NCBI GenBank assembly: GCA_937952215.1
Contig: CALFZH010000060.1
Location: 194,464 to 258,463 of the forward strand
Source of the DNA: an uncultured bacterium
Lineage (GTDB): Bacteria > Planctomycetota > UBA1135 > UBA2386
Length of the DNA: 64,000 nucleotides
Direction: 5' to 3'
The notes under the pieces are model-generated. The model was not told the origin of the DNA. It did no database searches and saw nothing but the letters and a program-made list of their open reading frames with translations. The position numbers and the translations under genes are program-made. Of this stretch, positions 57,709-64,000 are shown piece after piece (position 1 is the stretch's first letter; every line of letters begins with the position of its first letter).

Positions 57709-58539
57709 GTGCGCATCGACGCCCACCAGCACTTCTGGCGCTACTCGGCGAGCCAGTACGGCTGGATCGACGCGCGCATGCAACGCATCGCGCGCGACTT
57801 CCTGCCGAACGACCTGGCGCCGAAGCTGGCGGCGAGCGAGGTCGACGGCTGCATCGCCGTGCAGGCGCGGTGCAGCGACGAAGAGACGACGTTCCTGCTC
57901 GACCTCGCGGCGGCGAACCCGTTCGTGAAGGCCGTGGTCGGCTGGACCGACCTGTGCGCTGCCGACGCGGCGGCACGCGTCGCGGCGCTGGCGGACGAAC
58001 CGTTGCTGCGCGGGCTGCGCCACATCGTGCAGGCCGAGCCCGACGACTTCCTGGCCCGCGCCGACTTCCAGCGCGGCGTGCGCTCCCTGCGCGCGCACGG
58101 GCTCGTCTACGACGTGCTGGTCTACCCGCGACAGCTCGGCGCGGCCGAAGCGTTCGTGCGCGCGCTGCCGGACCAGCCGTTCGTGCTCGATCATCTCGCC
58201 AAGCCGGACATCGCCGCGGCGCAGCGCGACGCCTGGGAACAGCCGTTCCGCGCGCTCGCGCGGCACCCGCACGTCGCCTGCAAGCTCAGTGGCATGGTGA
58301 CCGAGGCGAAGTGGCTCGCGTGGCGCCCCGACGACTTCCGTTGGTACCTCGATACCGCACTCGACGCGTTCGGCGAGGACCGCATCCTGTTCGGCTCCGA
58401 CTGGCCGGTGTGCCTCGTCGCCGCCGCCGACTACGCGCAGGTGCACGACCTGCTCGCGCACTGGGCCGAACGGCTCGGCCCGGTCGCCCGCGCCAAGCTG
58501 TTCGGCGGCAACGCCGCGCGCATCTACCGCATCGCATGA
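57709..58539 (+). CDS. amidohydrolase_2 family (fuconolactonase/LigI-like lactonase)
   Basis: MRIDAHQHFW (metal-binding HxH), FVLDHLAKPD and ILFGSDWPV. Confidence 0.7.
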   Translation: MRIDAHQHFWRYSASQYGWIDARMQRIARDFLPNDLAPKLAASEVDGCIAVQARCSDEETTFLLDLAAANPFVKAVVGWTDLCAADAAARVAALADEPLLRGLRHIVQAEPDDFLARADFQRGVRSLRAHGLVYDVLVYPRQLGAAEAFVRALPDQPFVLDHLAKPDIAAAQRDAWEQPFRALARHPHVACKLSGMVTEAKWLAWRPDDFRWYLDTALDAFGEDRILFGSDWPVCLVAAADYAQVHDLLAHWAERLGPVARAKLFGGNAARIYRIA

Positions 58540-59510
58540 GCACCTACTTCGTCACCGGCGCGCTCGGCTGCATCGGCGCCTGGGTCTGCAAGCACCTGGT
58601 CGAGCGCGGCGACGTGCCGGTGGTGTTCGACCTCGGCGGCGAGGCGCGCCGCATCCGCGACGTGCTCGACGCCGACGCGTTCGCGCGCGTGCGGTTCGTC
58701 GCCGGCGACATCACCGACCTCGCGGCGGTGCGCGAGGCGGTCGCCGCGTGCCGACCGCGCGCCATCGTGCACCTCGCCGGACTGCAGGTGCCGTTCTGCC
58801 GTCAGGATCCGCCGCTCGGCGCGCGCGTGAACGTGCTCGGCACGATCCACCTGTTCGAGAGCGCGCTCGCAGCCGGTGTGAACCGCGTCGTCTACGCGAG
58901 CTCGGCGGCGGTGTTCGGCCCGAGCGAGGACGACGGGGTGCCGGTGGCCGAGGCTGCCGCGGGCGCGCCGATCACGCACTACGGCGTCTACAAGCAGGCG
59001 AACGAAGGCACCGCGCGCGTCTACTGGCTCGAGAAGAAGCTGAGCAGCGTCGGGCTGCGCCCGCTGACGGTGTACGGCGTCGGCCGCGACCAGGGCATGA
59101 CCGCCGGTCCGACCACGGCGATGAAGGCGGCGGTGGTCGGCCGCCCGTACACGATCGCGTTCTCCGGACCGACCGACTTCCACTACGTCGCCGACACCGC
59201 CGCCGCGTTCGTCGCCTGCGCGGATGAAGGCGAACCCGGCGCGCACGTCTTCAACCTGCACGGCGACACCGTCGACGTCGCCGACGTCGTGCGCGCGATC
59301 GAACACGAAGTGCCGGCGGCGCGCGGGGCGATCCGCGTGCAGGGGCCGCGCATCCCGATCCCGCCCCATCTCGACGACCGGGCGATCCGGGCGGCGTACC
59401 CGCGGCTACCGCACACGCCGTTGGCGACCGGCGTGCACGCGACGATCGCGCGCTTCCGCGAACTGCACGCCGCTGGCCGGCTCGACACGCGCGATCTGCC
59501 GGCGACCTGA
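58536..59510 (+). CDS. NAD-dependent epimerase/dehydratase (extended SDR)
   Basis: The ATG at 58536 overlaps the upstream stop (ATGA). It has YFVTGALGCIGAWV (GxxGxxG) and a YGVYKQANE Y-x3-K motif. Confidence 0.75.
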   Translation: MSTYFVTGALGCIGAWVCKHLVERGDVPVVFDLGGEARRIRDVLDADAFARVRFVAGDITDLAAVREAVAACRPRAIVHLAGLQVPFCRQDPPLGARVNVLGTIHLFESALAAGVNRVVYASSAAVFGPSEDDGVPVAEAAAGAPITHYGVYKQANEGTARVYWLEKKLSSVGLRPLTVYGVGRDQGMTAGPTTAMKAAVVGRPYTIAFSGPTDFHYVADTAAAFVACADEGEPGAHVFNLHGDTVDVADVVRAIEHEVPAARGAIRVQGPRIPIPPHLDDRAIRAAYPRLPHTPLATGVHATIARFRELHAAGRLDTRDLPAT

Positions 59511-59554
59511 GCGCCGCGCTGCGCGAGGCACGCAGCACCGTCATACTGCGCGCC

Positions 59555-60133
59555 ATGCCGTTCATCCGTCAGGTCGAGGACCACGAAGCCGGCAGCGAAG
59601 CGCGGCGCGAACTCGACGCGGCGCGCCAGCGCGCGGGCCGCGTCTGGAACATCGTGCGCATCATGACGCCCAATCCGGCGGTGCTGCGCGCGTCGATGGC
59701 GCTCTACCGCGCGGTGATGTTCGGGCCCTCGCCGCTGTCGCGTCGGCAGCGCGAACTGCTCGCGGTCGTCACCAGCCGGGCCAACGGCTGCGTCTATTGA
59801 CTGCGGGCCCACGCGAACGACCTCCGTGCCGAGGTCGTCGACCTGGTCGATGACGGCGCGCGCGACGCGTGGGTCGACGCGGTGGCGCGCGACTGGCGGA
59901 CCGCGGCGCTGAGCCCCGTCGAGCGCGCGTTGTGCGCGTTCGCGGACAAGCTCGCGCGCGCGCCGGCGGCGAACGGCGTCGCCGACGTCGACGCGCTGCG
60001 CGCGGCGGATCTCGACGACGTCGCGATCCACGACGCGACGCAGGTGGTCGCCTACTTCGCCTACATCAACCGCATCGCCAACGGCCTGGGCGTCGAGCTC
60101 GAGACGTTCGTGCGGGCCTGGGGCGCGGTTTGA
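59555..60133 (+). CDS. AhpD/carboxymuconolactone-decarboxylase-family peroxidase-related protein, predicted selenoprotein (C-V-Y-U), Sec codon at 59798..59800
   Basis: ORFs 59555..59800 and 59882..60133 are in the same frame. Read-through gives ...RELLAVVTSRANGCVY-U-LRAHANDL..., the AhpD-family N-x-C-x-Y-C-x3-H motif with the second Cys encoded by TGA. The combined length of 192 aa is typical for this family. Confidence 0.75.
59817..59838 (+). promoter_or_regulatory. candidate bacterial SECIS hairpin (8-bp stem, CGUGCC loop)
   Basis: ACGACCUC-CGUGCC-GAGGUCGU. The loop starts 24 nt after the UGA and contains GU. Confidence 0.55.
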
Positions 60134-60191
60134 GCGGCCCACGCTGGCGGCGGGGCTGGATCCGGCGCGCGCCATCGGCTTCAACCCGTGC

Positions 60192-61376
60192 ATGCTGCAC
60201 GTGCTGTTCGTCGTCGTCGCCTGCGCTGGTGTGTCGGCCCAGGATCCGCCGCGGGAGCCGTCATCCGTGACGACGGCCGAAACCGGGTTCCTGACGCGCA
60301 CGATCGACGTCGCTGGGACGGAGCGTCGCTACGTCGTGTACGTGCCGGCGGGCTACACGCGCGAACGCGACTGGCCGCTGCTCGTGTTCCTGAACGGCAT
60401 GGGCGAGTGCGGCACCGATGGCCAGCGGCAGGTCGAGGTCGGCCTCGGGCCGGCGATCCGCGCCGAGCCGGAGCGCTGGCCGTTCGTGGTGGTGTTCCCG
60501 CAGAAGCCCGACAAGCCTTCGCAGTGGAGCGACCACGAGGCGCTGGTGATGGGCACGCTCGCGGCGGCGGAGAAGGAGTTCCGCATCGATCCGCGGCGGC
60601 GGTTGCTCACCGGGTTGTCGCAGGGTGGCGCAGGAACGTGGGCGCTCGGCGGCAAGCGCGCCAAGGTGTGGGCCGCGATCGCGCCGGTGTGTGGCTACAA
60701 GACGCCGGCGTTCGATGGGGCGGCGCTGAAGGCGATGCCGATCTGGGCGTTCCACGGCGATGGCGACAAGGTCGTGCCCGTCGGCCAGTCGAAGGAGATG
60801 TGCGAGGCGGTCGAGCAGGCGGGCGGGTCGCCGCTGCTCACGCTCTACCCCGGCGTGGGCCACAACTCGTGGGACCGCGCCTACCGCGAGTCCGGGCTCG
60901 CCGAGTGGTTCTGCGCCGTCGCCAACGAACCACTCGGCGCGCGGCTGCTGGCGATGCCGGAGACCCTCACCGCCGTCACGATCACGATCGCGCAGCGGCC
61001 AGCGGCGTCGGCATCGAGCGCGCCGCGGACGACGCGGCTCGCGGTGGCCGGCACGACGTGGGAATGGGACCTGCCGACCGGAATGGAGGGGGCGCTGCAG
61101 GGCGGTGGCGGGACGACGGCTGCGTCGTGGCAGGACAGCAAGAAGGCCAAGCTGGTGCACGAGGTGCTGCGGTCGCTGCAGCGAGCCGGCGCGTTCGACG
61201 CACGTTCGCCGGCGGCCGTCGACGACCGTGTCGCCGGCACGCGGCTCGACGTCGTGCTGCGTGGTCCGGCCGGCGAGTGGAGCTTCTCGCGTCACGTGGC
61301 GGCCGACGTACCGCAGCACGGTTCGTTCGCTGCCGCGATGCAGCGCGTCACCGACGCGATCGCCAACGCCCGCTGA
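60192..61376 (+). CDS. secreted alpha/beta hydrolase (esterase/PHB-depolymerase-like) with C-terminal unknown domain
   Basis: Signal peptide VVVACAGVSAQ. It has a GLSQGG nucleophile elbow, FHGDGDKVVPV and GVGHNSWD, giving a Ser-Asp-His arrangement. Confidence 0.65.
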   Translation: MLHVLFVVVACAGVSAQDPPREPSSVTTAETGFLTRTIDVAGTERRYVVYVPAGYTRERDWPLLVFLNGMGECGTDGQRQVEVGLGPAIRAEPERWPFVVVFPQKPDKPSQWSDHEALVMGTLAAAEKEFRIDPRRRLLTGLSQGGAGTWALGGKRAKVWAAIAPVCGYKTPAFDGAALKAMPIWAFHGDGDKVVPVGQSKEMCEAVEQAGGSPLLTLYPGVGHNSWDRAYRESGLAEWFCAVANEPLGARLLAMPETLTAVTITIAQRPAASASSAPRTTRLAVAGTTWEWDLPTGMEGALQGGGGTTAASWQDSKKAKLVHEVLRSLQRAGAFDARSPAAVDDRVAGTRLDVVLRGPAGEWSFSRHVAADVPQHGSFAAAMQRVTDAIANAR

Positions 61377-61385
61377 CGCGCCGCG

Positions 61386-62639
61386 TCACTTCCACCCGTA
61401 GACCCAGTGCATCGACGGCGCCACCGGCGGCGCGTCGGCCGGCGCGAGTTCGAACGCGAAGGCCAGCGGTGCCGGGCCGAAGTCGTCGTCCCGGCCGTTG
61501 AACTCGGTGGCGCCGCGGCGTTCGCCGATCGCCAGCAGCTGGAACGTGGTGAACACGCCGCGCGCACGGTCGAAGCGCGCAGCACCCAGCAGCTTGCCGT
61601 CGTAGCCGAGTTGCTGTTCCGAATGCGGGCCGTAGCCGCGCGTTGCCCAGGTGCCACTGCGCTGGATGCGCACCTTGCCCTCGAGCAGCAGCATCTGGTT
61701 GTCGCCGTCGAGCGCATCGCACGTCAGCGTTAGCGCCGCCTCGACGACGTTCTCCGGCTGGTGCGCGAACGTCTGCCCGCGCACGTTGTCGACGAAGTGC
61801 GCGCGAACGAACCGCTGCAGCAGCGCTGCCGGCATCGCCACCCGCGCCCCGAGTTCGGCCGCGGGCACGAAGCTCGCGACCTCGGCGCGGCGGAACCACG
61901 CGTGGTCCTGGTTCCACGCCGAACCGCGCCAGCCCGGCGTCGCCTTCACGCGCGAGACGTCGCGGCTGTAGGCGCGCAGCACCAGACCGTCGGCCGGGAA
62001 GTGGCGCTCGAAGCGTTGGATCGCCGTCGGATCGAGCGCGGGGGCGGCGCCCGACCGCTGCTCGCGCGGCATCGCCTCGAACTTCGCGAGCGCCTGCTGC
62101 AGCATCTTCGCCATCTCGCCGGCGTCGCGCGTGTTGATCGACGCGAGGAAGGCGCCGGTCGCGGTCACCGCGTAGATGCCTTGGCGCGTGTTCGACGGCT
62201 TGGTGCGTCCGCCGTAGTGGCCCTGTTCGCAGAAGCCCTGGAAGAAGCGGCACTCGGCGTCGCTGTCGCGCTGCAGCCGGCTCACCTCGTCGGCGACGGC
62301 GACGAACCGCGCCGCCAGCGCCTGCACCGCGTCGTTCGACCAGACGGACCGTCTGGCCGCCACGCCGTTGTTTCAAGTGCAGGCCAGCGGATGGCCGTTC
62401 ATCGCCCACAGCAGGATCGGCTTGTCGGCAGCCTGGGCGGCGACCACGCCCTCGCCGAGCGTGCCGAGCCACGCGATGCGCCGCCAGGCGAGTTCGTCTT
62501 CGCTCGGCACGATCTTCAGCCACAGGGTGCGGAAGGTGGAGTCGTCGAGAACCGGCACCGGCTCGGCCTGCGCCAGGGCCGCGCCGATCGCCAGCGCGAA
62601 CGGGAGTGCGTGCATCGCCGGAGTCGCCATGCGCGGCAT
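61386..62639 (-). CDS. secreted thioredoxin-fold protein fused to an unrecognised 325-aa domain, predicted selenoprotein (C-T-U), Sec codon at 62373..62375
   Basis: ORF 61386..62363 and the C-terminal 85-88 codons of ORF 62373..63341 are in frame, separated by TGA plus 3 codons. The N-terminus has a signal peptide (MPRMATPAMHALPFALAIGAALAQA). This is followed by ...AADKPILLWAMNGHPLACT-U-NNGVAARRSVWSNDAVQALAARFVAVADEV, a beta1-loop-alpha1 pattern of the Thioredoxin_7/DUF255 type. The start is 62639 or 62630. Confidence 0.6.
62338..62358 (-). promoter_or_regulatory. candidate bacterial SECIS hairpin (8-bp stem, GGUCC loop)
   Basis: On the mRNA strand: GGCCAGAC-GGUCC-GUCUGGUC. The loop starts 22 nt after the UGA and contains the GGUC motif. 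Confidence 0.55.
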
Positions 62640-62742
62640 GGTAACTCGGGCTTCGCGACAACTCGCGGCGCGCGCGCTTTCGTTCTGGCCAGGGCAGGAG
62701 CGCATCGGAATGCGGCTGGTCGCTACGATCGCGCGCCACCCG

Positions 62743-64000
62743 ATGACCTCGCTCTCGTCGTCCCCTCGCCCGCTCACGCAGTGCGCCGTCGTCGTCTCCG
62801 CCAAGGACAACGTCGCGATCGTCAAGACCGGGCTCGTCGCTGGCGATCTCGTCGCATTCTCCGACGGCTCGAAGCTCGTGATCACCGGCGAAGTGACGCC
62901 CGGCCATCGCTTCGCCACCCGCGCGATCCCGGCCGGACAGTTCGTGCTGCAGTACGGCCAGCCGATCGGCACCAGCTCGGGCATCGCCGCAGGCGACCCG
63001 ATCAGCCACGCCAACATGCGCAACGAGGTGCCGCTCGTGCGCGACCTGCCGGCGACGCTGCACAACCCGCCGCCCGTTCTCGTGCCGCCCGCGACGCGCG
63101 CGACCTTCCGCGGCTTTCGGCGCGAGAACGGCCGTGTCGGCACGCGCAACTGGGTTCTGATCGTGCCGACCAGCATGTGCAGCAGCCACGAGGCGGCGCA
63201 GATCGCGATGATCGCCGAGTTCACGCACTGGAGCCGCGCTCGCTTCCCCAACGTCGACGGCGTGGTGGCGCTGCCGCACAACAAGGGCTGCGGCTGCAGC
63301 GACGGCAGCAACCTCGACGTGATGCTGCGCACGCTCGCCAACTACGCCGACCACCCGAACGTCGGCGGCGTCCTGTTCATGGACCTCGGCTGCGAGAAGA
63401 CGAACCTGACGCTGGTCGAGAAGTACCTGAAGCAACGCGGCGGCCTGTCGACGAACAAGCCCGTGCATTGGCTCGGCGTGCAGGAGTGCGGCGGCACGCA
63501 GGGCGCGATCCAGAAGGGCCTCGAGCTCGTCGTCGAGATGCTGGCGATCGCCAACACCGCCACGCGCAGCGAGGTGTCCGCCGAGCACCTGACGCTCGGC
63601 GTCAAGTGCGGCGGCAGCGATGGCTTCTCGGGGCTGTCGGCCAATCCGGCACTCGGCCACGCGGCCGATCTGCTGGTGCAGAACGGCGGCACGGTGCTGA
63701 TCACCGAGATCCCCGAGTTCTGCGGCGGCGAGCACCTGTTCGCGGCGCGCGCGAAGGACCTGGCGACCGCGCGCCAGGTGTTCGAGTACGTCGACTGGTA
63801 CAAGGGCTACGCGGCGAAGTTCGGCACCAAGCTCGACGACAACCCGAGCCCGGGCAACGTGAAGGGCGGGTTGCTGAACATCACGATCAAGTCGCTCGGC
63901 GCGATGGCGAAGGCCGGCACGACGCGCGTCGAAGGGTGCACGCCGTACGCGCAACCGCCGAGTGCGCACGGGCTGCACCTGATGCAGGGGCCCGGCTACG
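62743..64000 (+). CDS. altronate/galactarate dehydratase family (UxaA/GarD; SAF domain N-terminus), 3'-truncated by the window edge
   Basis: This gene is absent from the ORF track because it has no stop in the window. My translation is MTSLSSSPRPLTQCAVVVSAKDNVAIVKTGL...GFRRENGRVGTRNWVLIVPTSMCSSHEA...LPHNKGCGCS...GVKCGGSDGFSG...NITIKSLGA. An alternative in-frame ATG is at 62710. The start coordinate was hand-indexed. Confidence 0.7.
   Translation, partial: MTSLSSSPRPLTQCAVVVSAKDNVAIVKTGLVAGDLVAFSDGSKLVITGEVTPGHRFATRAIPAGQFVLQYGQPIGTSSGIAAGDPISHANMRNEVPLVRDLPATLHNPPPVLVPPATRATFRGFRRENGRVGTRNWVLIVPTSMCSSHEAAQIAMIAEFTHWSRARFPNVDGVVALPHNKGCGCSDGSNLDVMLRTLANYADHPNVGGVLFMDLGCEKTNLTLVEKYLKQRGGLSTNKPVHWLGVQECGGTQGAIQKGLELVVEMLAIANTATRSEVSAEHLTLGVKCGGSDGFSGLSANPALGHAADLLVQNGGTVLITEIPEFCGGEHLFAARAKDLATARQVFEYVDWYKGYAAKFGTKLDDNPSPGNVKGGLLNITIKSLGAMAKAGTTRVEGCTPYAQPPSAHGLHLMQGPGY

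Noticed and set aside
61348-63978. An 876-aa minus-strand ORF spanning the selenoprotein and UxaA regions.
   Set aside because: It is an Arg-rich low-complexity translation, out of frame with or antisense to genes that carry clear family signatures.

Overview
About 70% GC bacterial chromosomal window with roughly 50 protein genes. I found no rRNA, tRNA, CRISPR array or IS/transposase. The high GC gives every real gene long Arg/Ala/Pro-rich shadow ORFs in other frames, which I ignored. CDS coordinates come from the ORF track, with starts refined by amino-acid offset. Hand-indexed hairpin and motif coordinates may be off by 1-2 nt.

Content, left to right:
1. A Thauera-type class I (ATP-dependent) benzoyl-CoA reductase cluster, oah-dch-bcrCBAD plus SDR and GNAT, with translationally coupled genes.
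2. A minus-strand five-gene operon: radical SAM, NeuD-like acyltransferase fused to ACP, hemerythrin, DUF2249, polytopic membrane protein.
3. A long plus-strand operon centred on a periplasmic type II DMSO-reductase-family molybdoenzyme (alpha, beta, gamma, delta). It is preceded by a cytochrome c-cupredoxin-beta-propeller fusion and a methyltransferase, and followed by a tryptophanase-like lyase and a polyferredoxin membrane protein.
4. Envelope and transport genes: FGE-like protein, SulP, PMT-like glycosyltransferases, GldA/F/G-like ABC system, and a DUF4340 protein with a pseudopilin-like domain.
5. Two ECF sigma modules, one fused to a transmembrane helix and CarboxypepD_reg repeats, one coupled to a Ser/Thr kinase.
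6. boxC-boxB (aerobic benzoyl-CoA epoxidase pathway) with a small ferredoxin and no adjacent boxA.
7. Sugar-acid genes.

The most striking result is three genes that are each split by an in-frame TGA at a redox-motif position. Each TGA is followed 20-31 nt downstream by a GC-rich hairpin with a GGUC- or GU-containing loop. I interpret them as selenoproteins: U-G-P-C TlpA-like, C-V-Y-U AhpD-like, and a secreted thioredoxin-fold protein with C-T-U fused to an unrecognised 325-aa domain.

Taxonomy cannot be assigned from sequence alone. The gene repertoire resembles Planctomycetota or Myxococcota.
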